Shown piece by piece: positions 10,041 to 23,017 of a stretch of 64,000 nucleotides of DNA (position 1 is its first letter; each line of letters begins with the position of its first letter). Made by a program: the position numbers and the translations under genes. The stretch covers positions 17,174,001 to 17,238,000 of the forward strand of contig OZ059899.1 of the NCBI GenBank assembly GCA_964057225.1, read 5' to 3'. The notes below the pieces were generated by a model, which worked only from the letters and a program-made list of their open reading frames with translations, was not told where the DNA came from and did no database searches. Source of the DNA: Auanema rhodensis (lineage: Eukaryota > Animalia > Nematoda).

Positions 10041-13000
10041 TTGAAAAAAGACGCATTAGTGTATGTTGAGTTTCCATGTACACTCAACATTGCTTCCAAA
10101 AACATTTTTACAAAAATTTTTCCGAAAAATTTCAAAATAATTTCGCAAAAAGTAGATGTTTTTAGATTCCTTTTTTCAAGGCAAAGACGATGGACAATGT
10201 TATTCAACGAAAAAATTAATTCTGCAGGGTGAAAATCGAGGATATAAGTGTGAACTTATATCAGTTGATATCTCGGTGCATTTTTAAGCTAGCGCAAATC
10301 TGATAACACAGATCGACGCAGCTTAAAAATCCGCATCGAATGCACTATACAACATTGAGAAACGCTTAATACAAAAATTAGTTATGATCGTTTGAAAAAT
10401 GATGCATTAGTGTATGTTGAGTTTCCATGTACACTCAACATTGCTTCCAAAAACATTTTTACAAAAATTTTTCCGAAAAATTTCAAAATAATTTCGCAAA
10501 AAGTAGATGTTTTTAGATTCCTTTTTTCAAGGCAAAGACGATGGACAATGTTATTCAACGAAAAAATTAATTCTGCAGGGTGAAAATCGAGGATATAAGT
10601 GTGAACTTATATCAGTTGATATCTCGGTGAATTTTTAAGCTAGCGCAAATCTGATAACACAGATCGACGCAGCTTAAAAATCCGCATCGAATGCACTATA
10701 CAACATTGAGAAACGCTAAATACAAAAATTAGTTATGATCGTTTGAAAAAAGACGCATTAGTGTATGTTGAGTTTCCATGTACACTCAACATTGCTTCCA
10801 AAAACATTTTGACAAAAATTTTTTCGAAAAATTTCAGAATATTTTAGCAAAAAATAGTTGTTTTTAGATTCCTTTTTTTAAGGCAAAGACGATGGACAAT
10901 GTTATTCAACGAAAAAATTAATTCTGCAGGGTGAAAATCGAGGATATAAGTGTGAACTTATATCAGTTGATATCTCGGTGAATTTTTAAGCTAGCGCAAA
11001 TCTGATAACACAGATCGACGCAGCTTAAAAATCCGCATCGAATGCCTTATACAACATTGAGAAACGCTTAATACAAAAATTAGTTATGATCGTTTGAAAA
11101 AAGACGCATTAGTGTATGTTGAGTTTCCATGTACACTCAACATTGCTTCCAAAAACATTTTTACAAAAATTTTTCCGAAAAATTTCAAAATAATTTCGCA
11201 AAAAGTAGATGTTTTTAGATTCCTTTTTTCAAGGCAAAGACGATGGACATTGTTATTCAACGAAAAAATTAATTCTGCAGGGTGAAAATCGAGGATATAA
11301 GTGTGAACTTATATCAGTTGATATCTCGGTGAATTTTTAAGCTAGCGCAAATCTGATAACACAGATCGACGCAGCTTAAAAATCCGCATCGAATGCCTTA
11401 TACAACATTGAGAAACGCTTAATACAAAAATTAGTTATGATCGTTTGAAAAAAGACGCATTAGTGTATGTTGAGTTTCCATGTACACTCAACATTGCTTC
11501 CAAAAACATTTTGACAAAAATTTTTTCGAAAATTTTCAAAATAATTTCGCAAAAAGTAAATGTTTTTAGATTCCTTTTTTCAAGGCAAAGACGATGGACA
11601 ATGTTATTCAACGAAAAAATTAATTCTGCAGGGTGAAAATCGAGGATATAAGTGTGAACTTATATCAGTTGATATCTCGGTGAATTTTTAAGCTAGCGCA
11701 AATCTGATAACACAGATCGACGCAGCTTAAAAATCCGCATCGAATGCACTATACAACATTGAGAAACGCTTAATACAAAAATTAGTTATGATCGTTTGAA
11801 AAAAGACGCATTAGTGTATGTTGAGTTTCCATGTACACTCAACATTGCTTCCAAAAACATTTTGACAAAAATTTTTTCGAAAAATTTCAGAATATTTTAG
11901 CAAAAAATAGTTGTTTTTAGATTCCTTTTTTCAACGCAAAGACGATGGACAATGTTATTCAACGAAAAAATTAATTCTGCAGGGTGAAAATCGAGGATAT
12001 AAGTGTGAACTTATATCAGTTGATATCTCGGTGAATTTTTAAGCTAGCGCAAATCTGATAACACAGATCGACGCAGCTTAAAAATCCGCATCGAATGCAC
12101 TATACAACATTGAGAAACGCTTAATACAAAAATTAGTTATGATCGTTTGAAAAAAGACGCATTAGTGTATGTTGAGTTTCCATGTACACTCAACATTGCT
12201 TCCAAAAACATTTTTACAAAAATTTTTCCGAAAAATTTCAAAATAATTTCGTAAAAAGTAGATGTTTTTAGATTTTTTTTCAAGGCAAAGACGATGGACA
12301 ATGTTATTCAACGAAAAAATTAATTCTCCAGGGTGAAAATCGAGGATATAAGTGTGAACTTATATCAGTTGATATCTCGGTGAATTTTTAAGCTAGCGCA
12401 AATCTGATAACACAGATCGACGCAGCTTAAAAATCCGCATCGAATGCACTATACAACATTGAGAAACGCTTAATACAAAAATTAGTTATGATCGTTTGAA
12501 AAATGATGCATTAGTGTATGTTGAGTTTCCATGTACACTCAACATTGCTTCCAAAAACATTTTTACAAAAATTTTTCCGAAAAATTTCAAAATAATTTCG
12601 CAAAAAGTAGATGTTTTTAGATTCCTTTTTTCAAGGCAAAGACGATGGACATTGTTATTCAACGAAAAAATTAATTCTGCAGGGTGAAAATCGAGGATAT
12701 AAGTGTGAACTTATATCAGTTGATATCTCGGTGAATTTTTAAGCTAACGCAAATCTGATAACACAGATCGACGCAGCTTAAAAATCCGCATCGAATGCAC
12801 TATACAACATTGAGAAACGCTTAATACAAAAATTAGTTATGATCGTTTGAAAAAAGACGCATTAGTGTATGTTGAGTTTCCATGTACACTCAACATTGCT
12901 TCCAAAAACATTTTGACAAAAATTTTTTCAAAAATTTTCAAAATAATTTCGCGAAAAGTAAATGTTTTTAGATTCCTTTTTTCAAGGCAAAGACGATGGA

Positions 13001-16000
13001 CAATGTTATTCAACGAAAAAATTAATTCTGCAGGGTGAAAATCGAGGATATAAGTGTGAACTTATATCAGTTGATATCTCGGTGAATTTTTAAGCTAGCG
13101 CAAATCTGATAACACAGATCGACGCAGCTTAAAAATCCGCATCGAATGCACTATACAACATTGAGAAACGCTTAATACAAAAATTAGTTATGATCGTTTG
13201 AAAAAAGACGCATTAGTGTATGTTGAGTTTCCATGTACACTCAACATTGCTTCCAAAAACATTTTGACAAAAATTTTTTCGAAAAATTTCAGAATATTTT
13301 AGCAAAAAATAGTTGTTTTTAGATTCCTTTTTTCAACGCAAAGACGATGGACAATGTTATTCAACGAAAAAATTAATTCTGCAGGGTGAAAATCGAGGAT
13401 ATAAGTGTGAACTTATATCAGTTGATATCTCGGTGAATTTTTAAGCTAGCGCAAATCTGATAACACAGATCGACGCAGCTTAAAAATCCGCATCGAATGC
13501 ACTATACAACATTGAGAAACGCTTAATACAAAAATTAGTTATGATCGTTTAAAAAATGATGCATTAGTGTATGTTGAGTTTCCATGTACACTCAACATTG
13601 CTTCCAAAAACATTTTTACAAAAATTTTTCCGAAAAATTTCAAAATAATTTCGCAAAAAGTAGATGTTTTTAAATTCCTTTTTTCAAGGCAAAGACGATG
13701 GACAATGTTATTCAACGAAAAAATTAATTCTGCAGGGTGAAAATCGAGGATATAAGTGTGAACTTATATCAGTTGATATCTCGGTGAATTTTTAAGCTAG
13801 CGCAAATCTGATAACACAGATCGACGCAGCTTAAAAATCCGCATCGAATGCACTATACAACATTGAGAAACGCTTAATACAAAAATTAGTTATGATCGTT
13901 TGAAAAAAGACGCATTAGTGTATGTTGAGTTTCCATGTACACTCAACATTGCTTCCAAAAACATTTTGACAAAAATTTTTTCGAAAAATTTCAGAATATT
14001 TTAGCAAAAAATAGTTGTTTTTAGATTCCTTTTTTCAAGGCAAAGACGATGGACAATGTTATTCAACGAAAAAATTAATTCTGCAGGGTGAAAATCGAGG
14101 ATATAAGTGTGAACTTATATCAGTTGATATCTCGGTGAATTTTTAAGCTAACGCAAATCTGATAACACAGATCGACGCAGCTTAAAAATCCGCATCGAAT
14201 GCACTATACAACATTGAGAAACGCTTAATACAAAAATTAGTTATGATCGTTTGAAAAAAGACGCATTAGTGTATGTTGAGTTTCCATGTACACTCAACAT
14301 TGCTTCCAAAAACATTTTGACAAAAATTTTTTCAAAAATTTTCAAAATAATTTCGCGAAAAGTAAATGTTTTTAGATTCCTTTTTTCAAGGCAAAGACGA
14401 TGGACAATGTTATTCAACGAAAAAATTAATTCTGCAGGGTGAAAATCGAGGATATAAGTGTGAACTTATATCAGTTGATATCTCGGTGAATTTTTAAGCT
14501 AGCGCAAATCTGATAACACAGATCGACGCAGCTTAAAAATCCGCATCGAATGCACTATACAACATTGAGAAACGCTTAATACAAAAATTAGTTATGATCG
14601 TTTAAAAAATGATGCATTAGTGTATGTTGAGTTTCCATGTACACTCAACATTGCTTCCAAAAACATTTTTACAAAAATTTTTCCGAAAAATTTCAAAATA
14701 ATTTCGCAAAAAGTAGATGTTTTTAAATTCCTTTTTTCAAGGCAAAGACGATGGACAATGTTATTCAACGAAAAAATTAATTCTGCAGGGTGAAAATCGA
14801 GGATATAAGTGTGAACTTATATCAGTTGATATCTCGGTGAATTTTTAAGCTAGCGCAAATCTGATAACACAGATCGACGCAGCTTAAAAATCCGCATCGA
14901 ATGCACTATACAACATTGAGAAACGCTTAATACAAAAATTAGTTATGATCGTTTGAAAAAAGACGCATTAGTGTATGTTGAGTTTCCATGTACACTCAAC
15001 ATTGCTTCCAAAAACATTTTGACAAAAATTTTTTCGAAAAATTTCAGAATATTTTAGCAAAAAATAGTTGTTTTTAGATTCCTTTTTTCAAGGCAAAGAC
15101 GATGGACAATGTTATTCAACGAAAAAATTAATTCTGCAGGGTGAAAATCGAGGATATAAGTGTGAACTTATATCAGTTGATATCTCGGTGAATTTTTAAG
15201 CTAGCGCAAATCTGATAACACAGATCGACGCAGCTTAAAAATCCGCATCGAATGCACTATACAACATTGAGAAACGCTTAATACAAAAATTAGTTATGAT
15301 CGTTTGAAAAAAGACGCATTAGTGTATGTTGAGTTTCCATGTACACTCAACATTGCTTCCAAAAACATTTTTACAAAAATTTTTCCGAAAAATTTCAAAA
15401 TAATTTCGCAAAAAGTAGATGTTTTTAGATTTTTTTTCAAGGCAAAGACGATGGACAATGTTATTCAACGAAAAAATTAATTCTCCAGGGTGAAAATCGA
15501 GGATATAAGTGTGAACTTATATCAGTTGATATCTCGGTGAATTTTTAAGCTAGCGCAAATCTGATAACACAGATCGACGCAGCTTAAAAATCCGCATCGA
15601 ATGCACTATACAACATTGAGAAACGCTTAATACAAAAATTAGTTATGATCGTTTGAAAAATGATGCATTAGTGTATGTTGAGTTTCCATGTACACTCAAC
15701 ATTGCTTCCAAAAACATTTTTACAAAAATTTTTCCGAAAAATTTCAAAATAATTTCGCAAAAAGTAGATGTTTTTAGATTCCTTTTTTCAAGGCAAAGAC
15801 GATGGACATTGTTATTCAACGAAAAAATTAATTCTGCAGGGTGAAAATCGAGGATATAAGTGTGAACTTATATCAGTTGATATCTCGGTGAATTTTTAAG
15901 CTAGCTCAAATCTGATAACACAGATCGACGCAGCTTAAAAATCCGCATCGAATGCACTATACAACATTGAGAAACGCTTAATACAAAAATTAGTTATGAT

Positions 16001-19000
16001 CGTTTGAAAAAAGACGCATTAGTGTATGTTGAGTTTCCATGTACACTCAACATTGCTTCCAAAAACATTTTGACAAAAATTTTTTCGAAAATTTTCAAAA
16101 TAATTTCGCAAAAAGTAAATGTTTTTAGATTCCTTTTTTCAAGGCAAAGACGATGGACAATGTTATTCAACGAAAAAATTAATTCTGCAGGGTGAAAATC
16201 GAGGATATAAGTGTGAACTTATATCAGTTGATATCTCGGTGCATTTTTAAGCTAGCGCAAATCTGATAACACAGATCGACGCAGCTTAAAAATCCGCATC
16301 GAATGCACTATACAACATTGAGAAACGCTTAATACAAAAATTAGTTATGATCGTTTGAAAAATGATGCATTAGTGTATGTTGAGTTTCCATGTACACTCA
16401 ACATTGCTTCCAAAAACATTTTTACAAAAATTTTTCCGAAAAATTTCAAAATAATTTCGCAAAAAGGAGATGTTTTTAGATTCCTTTTTTCAAGGCAAAG
16501 ACGATGGACAATGTTATTCAACGAAAAAATTAATTCTCCAGGGTGAAAATCGAGGATATAAGTGTGAACTTATATCAGTTGATATCTCGGTGCATTTTTA
16601 AGCTAGCGCAAATCTGATAACACAGATCGACGCAGCTTAAAAATCCGCATCGAATGCACTATACAACATTGAGAAACGCTTAATACAAAAATTAGTTATG
16701 ATCGTTTGAAAAATGATGCATTAGTGTATGTTGAGTTTCCATGTACACTCAACATTGCTTCCAAAAACATTTTTACAAAAATTTTTCCGAAAAATTTCGA
16801 AACAATTTTGCAAAAAGTAGATGTTTTTAGATTCCTTTTTTCAAGGCAAAGACGATGGACATTGTTATTCAACGAAAAAATTAATTCTGCAGGGTGAAAA
16901 TCGAGGATATAAGTGTGAACTTATATCAGTTGATATCTCGGTGAATTTTTAAGCTAGCGCAAATCTGATAACACAGATCGACGCAGCTTAAAAATCCGCA
17001 TCGAATGCACTATACAACATTGAGAAACGCTTAATACAAAAATTAGTTATGATCGTTTGAAAAAAGACGCATTAGTGTATGTTGAGTTTCCATGTACACT
17101 CAACATTGCTTCCAAAAACATTTTTACAAAAATTTTTCCGAAAAATTTCAAAATAATTTCGCAAAAAGTAGATGTTTTTAGATTTTTTTTCAAGGCAAAG
17201 ACGATGGACAATGTTATTCAACGAAAAAATTAATTCTCCAGGGTGAAAATCGAGGATATAAGTGTGAACTTATATCAGTTGATATCTCGGTGAATTTTTA
17301 AGCTAGCGCAAATCTGATAACACAGATCGACGCAGCTTAAAAATCCGCATCGAATGCACTATACAACATTGAGAAACGCTTAATACAAAAATTAGTTATG
17401 ATCGTTTGAAAAATGATGCATTAGTGTATGTTGAGTTTCCATGTACACTCAACATTGCTTCCAAAAACATTTTTACAAAAATTTTTCCGAAAAATTTCAA
17501 AATAATTTCGCAAAAAGTAGATGTTTTTAGATTCCTTTTTTCAAGGCAAAGACGATGGACATTGTTATTCAACGGAAAAATTAATTCTGCAGGGTGAAAA
17601 TCGAGGATATAAGTGTGAACTTATATCAGTTGATATCTCGGTGAATTTTTAAGCTAGCGCAAATCTGATAACACAGATCGACGCAGCTTAAAAATCCGCA
17701 TCGAATGCACTATACAACATTGAGAAACGCTTAATACAAAAATTAGTTATGATCGTTTGAAAAAAGACGCATTAGTGTATGTTGAGTTTCCATGTACACT
17801 CAACATTGCTTCCAAAAACATTTTGACAAAAATTTTTTCGAAAATTTTCAAAATAATTTCGCAAAAAGTAAATGTTTTTAGATTCCTTTTTTCAAGGCAA
17901 AGACGATGGACAATGTTATTCAACGAAAAAATTAATTCTGCAGGGTGAAAATCGAGGATATAAGTGTGAACTTATATCAGTTGATATCTCGGTGAATTTT
18001 TAAGCTAGCGCAAATCTGATAACACAGATCGACGCAGCTTAAAAATCCGCATCGAATGCACTAAACAACATTGAGAAACGCTTAATACAAAAATTAGTTA
18101 TGATCGTTTGAAAAAAGACGCATTAGTGTATGTTGAGTTTCCATGTACACTCAACATTGCTTCCAAAAACATTTTGACAAAAATTTTTTCGAAAAATTTC
18201 AGAATATTTTAGCAAAAAATAGTTGTTTTTAGATTCCTTTTTTCAACGCAAAGACGATGGACAATGTTATTCAACGAAAAAATTAATTCTGCAGGGTGAA
18301 AATCGAGGATATAAGTGTGAACTTATATCAGTTGATATCTCGGTGAATTTTTAAGCTAGCGCAAATCTGATAACACAGATCGACGCAGCTTAAAAATCCG
18401 CATCGAATGCACTATACAACATTGAGAAACGCTTAATACAAAAATTAGTTATGATCGTTTGAAAAAAGACGCATTAGTGTATGTTGAGTTTCCATGTACA
18501 CTCAACATTGCTTCCAAAAACATTTTGACAAAAATTTTTTCGAAAAATTTCAGAATATTTTAGCAAAAAATAGTTGTTTTTAGATTCCTTTTTTCAACGC
18601 AAAGACGATGGACAATGTTATTCAACGAAAAAATTAATTCTGCAGGGTGAAAATCGAGGATATAAGTGTGAACTTATATCAGTTGATATCTCGGTGAATT
18701 TTTAAGCTAGCGCAAATCTGATAACACAGATCGACGCAGCTTAAAAATCCGCATCGAATGCACTAAACAACATTGAGAAACGCTTAATACAAAAATTAGT
18801 TATGATCGTTTGAAAAAAGACGCATTAGTGTATGTTGAGTTTCCATGTACACTCAACATTGCTTCCAAAAACATTTTGACAAAAATTTTTTCGAAAAATT
18901 TCAGAATATTTTAGCAAAAAATAGTTGTTTTTAGATTCCTTTTTTCAACGCAAAGACGATGGACAATGTTATTCAACGAAAAAATTAATTCTGCAGGGTG

Positions 19001-20213
19001 AAAATCGAGGATATAAGTGTGAACTTATATCAGTTGATATCTCGGTGAATTTTTAAGCTAGCGCAAATCTGATAACACAGATCGACGCAGCTTAAAAATC
19101 CGCATCGAATGCACTATACAACATTGAGAAACGCTTAATACAAAAATTAGTTATGATCGTTTGAAAAAAGACGCATTAGTGTATGTTGAGTTTCCATGTA
19201 CACTCAACATTGCTTCCAAAAACATTTTTACAAAAATTTTTCCGAAAAATTTCAAAATAATTTCGCAAAAAGTAGATGTTTTTAGATTCCTTTTTTCAAG
19301 GCAAAGACGATGGACAATGTTATTCAACGAAAAAATTAATTCTGCAGGGTGAAAATCGAGGATATAAGTGTGAACTTATATCAGTTGATATCTCGGTGCA
19401 TTTTTAAGCTAGCGCAAATCTGATAACACAGATCGACGCAGCTTAAAAATCCGCATCGAATGCACTATACAACATTGAGAAACGCTTAATACAAAAATTA
19501 GTTATGATCGTTTGAAAAATGATGCATTAGTGTATGTTGAGTTTCCATGTACACTCAACATTGCTTCCAAAAACATTTTTACAAACATTTTTCCGAAAAA
19601 TTTCAAAATAATTTCGCAAAAAGTAGATGTTTTTAGATTCCTTTTTTCAAGGCAAAGACGATGGACAATGTTATTCAACGAAAAAATTAATTCTCCAGGG
19701 TGAAAATCGAGGATATAAGTGTGAACTTATATCAGTTGATATCTCGGTGCATTTTTAAGCTAGCGCAAATCTGATAACACAGATCGACGCAGCTTAAAAA
19801 TCCGCATCGAATGCACTATACAACATTGAGAAACGCTTAATACAAAAATTAGTTATGATCGTTTGAAAAAAGATGCATTAGTGTATGTTGAGTTTCCATG
19901 TACACTCAACATTGCTTCCAAAAACATTTTTACAAAAATTTTTCCGAAAAATTTCGAAACAATTTCGCAAAAAGTAGATGTTTTTAGATTCCTTTTTTCA
20001 AGGCAAAGACGATGGACATTGTTATTCAACGAAAAAATTAATTCTGCAGGGTGAAAATCGAGGATATAAGTGTGAACTTATATCAGTTGATATCTCGGTG
20101 CATTTTTAAGCTAGCGCAAATCTGATAACACAGATCGACGCAGTTTAAAAATCCGCATCGAATGCACTATACTACATTGAGAAACGCTCAATACAAAACT
20201 TAGTTATGATCGT

Positions 20214-23017
20214 TTGAAAAAAGATGCATTAGTGTATGTTGAGTTTCCATGTACACTCAACATTGCTTCCAAAAACATTTTTACAAAAATTTTTCCGAAA
20301 AATTTCGAAATAATTTCGCAGAAAGTAGATGTTTTTAGATTCTTTTTTTCAAGGCAAAGACGATGGACATTGTTATTCAACGAAAAAATTAATTCTGCAG
20401 GGTGAAAATCGAGGATATAAGTGTGAACTTATATCAGTTGATATCTCGGTGCATTTTTAAGCTAGCGCAAATCTGATAACACAGATCGACGCAGCTTACA
20501 AATCCGCATCGAATGCACTATACAACATTGAGAAACGCTTAATACAAAAATTAGTTATGATCGTTTGAAAAATGATGCATTAGTGTATGTTGAGTTTCCA
20601 TGTACACTCAACATTGCTTCCAAAAACATTTTGACAAAAATTTTTCCAAAAAATTTCAAAATAATTTCGCAAAAAGTGAATGTTTTTAGATTCCGTTTTT
20701 CAAGGCAAAGACGATGGACAATGTTATTCAACGAAAAAATTAATTCTGCAGGGTGAAAATCGAGGATATAAGTGTGAACTTATATCAGTTGATATCTCGG
20801 TGCATTTTTAAGCTAGCGCAAATCTGATAACACAGATCGACGCAGCTTACAAATCCGCATCGAATGCCTTATACAACATTGAGAAACGCTTAATACAAAA
20901 ATTAGTTATGATCGTTTGAAAAAAGACGCATTAGTGTATGTTGAGTTTCCATGTACACTCAACATTGCTTCCAAAAACATTTTGACAAAAATTTTTTCGA
21001 AAAATTTCAGAATATTTTAGCAAAAAATAGTTGTTTTTAGATTCCTTTTTTCAAGGCAAAGACGATGGACAATGTTATTCAACGAAAAAATTAATTCTGC
21101 AGGGTGAAAATCGAGGATATAAGTGTGAACTTATATCAGTTGATATCTCGGTGAATTTTTAAGCTAGCGCAAATCTGATAACACAGATCGACGCAGCTTA
21201 AAAATCCGCATCGAATGCACTATACAACATTGAGAAACGCTTAATACAAAAATTAGTTATGATCGTTTGAAAAAAGACGCATTAGTGTATGTTGAGTTTC
21301 CATGTACACTCAACATTGCTTCCAAAAACATTTTTACAAAAATTTTTCCGAAAAATTTCAAAATAATTTCGCAAAAAGTAGATGTTTTTAGATTTTTTTT
21401 CAAGGCAAAGACGATGGACAATGTTATTCAACGAAAAAATTAATTCTCCAGGGTGAAAATCGAGGATATAAGTGTGAACTTATATCAGTTGATATCTCGG
21501 TGCATTTTTAAGCTAGCGCAAATCTGATAACACAGATCGACGCAGTTTAAAAATCCGCATCGAATGCACTATACTACATTGAGAAACGCTCAATACAAAA
21601 CTTAGTTATGATCGTTTGAAAAAAGATGCATTAGTGTATGTTGAGTTTCCATGTACACTCAACATTGCTTCCAAAAACATTTTTACAAAAATTTTTCCGA
21701 AAAATTTCGAAATAATTTCGCAGAAAGTAGATGTTTTTAGATTCTTTTTTTCAAGGCAAAGACGATGGACATTGTTATTCAACGAAAAAATTAATTCTGC
21801 AGGGTGAAAATCGAGGATATAAGTGTGAACTTATATCAGTTGATATCTCGGTGCATTTTTAAGCTAGCGCAAATCTGATAACACAGATCGACGCAGTTTA
21901 AAAATCCGCATCGAATGCACTATACAACATTGAGAAACGCTTAATACAAAAATTAGTTATGATCGTTTGAAAAATGATGCATTAGTGTATGTTGAGTTTC
22001 CATGTACACTCAACATTGCTTCCAAAAACATTTTGACAAAAATTTTTCCAAAAAATTTCAAAATAATTTCGCAAAAAGTGAATGTTTTTAGATTCCGTTT
22101 TTCAAGGCAAAGACGATGGACAATGTTATTCAACGAAAAAATTAATTCTGCAGGGTGAAAATCGAGGATATAAGTGTGAACTTATATCAGTTGATATCTC
22201 GGTGCATTTTTAAGCTAGCGCAAATCTGATAACACAGATCGACGCAGCTTACAAATCCGCATCGAATGCCTTATACAACATTGAGAAACGCTTAATACAA
22301 AAATTAGTTATGATCGTTTGAAAAAAGACGCATTAGTGTATGTTGAGTTTCCATGTACACTCAACATTGCTTCCAAAAACATTTTGACAAAAATTTTTTC
22401 GAAAAATTTCAGAATATTTTAGCAAAAAATAGTTGTTTTTAGATTCCTTTTTTCAAGGCAAAGACGATGGACAATGTAATTCAACGAAAAAATTAATTCT
22501 GCAGGGTGAAAATCGAGGATATAAATGTGAACTTATATCAGTTGATATCTCGGTGAATTTTTAAGCTAGCGCAAATCTGATAACACAGATCGACGCAGCT
22601 TAAAAATCCGCATCGAATGCACTATACAACATTGAGAAACGCTTAATACAAAAATTAGTTATGATCGTTTGAAAAAAGACGCATTAGTGTATGTTGAGTT
22701 TCCATGTACACTCAACATTGCTTCCAAAAACATTTTTACAAAAATTTTTCCGAAAAATTTCAAAATAATTTCGCAAAAAGTAGATGTTTTTAGATTTTTT
22801 TTCAAGGCAAAGACGATGGACAATGTTATTCAACGAAAAAATTAATTCTCCAGGGTGAAAATCGAGGATATAAGTGTGAACTTATATCAGTTGATATCTC
22901 GGTGCATTTTTAAGCTAGCGCAAATCTGATAACACAGATCGACGCAGCTTAAAAATCCGCATCGAATGCACTATACAACATTGAGAAACGCTTAATACAA
23001 AAATTAGTTATGATCGT
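20214..23017 (+). repeat. Tandem duplication of a 1402-bp tetramer
   Basis: Monomer types at 20214/20565/20916/21267 repeat at 21616/21967/22318/22669. Confidence 0.85.
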
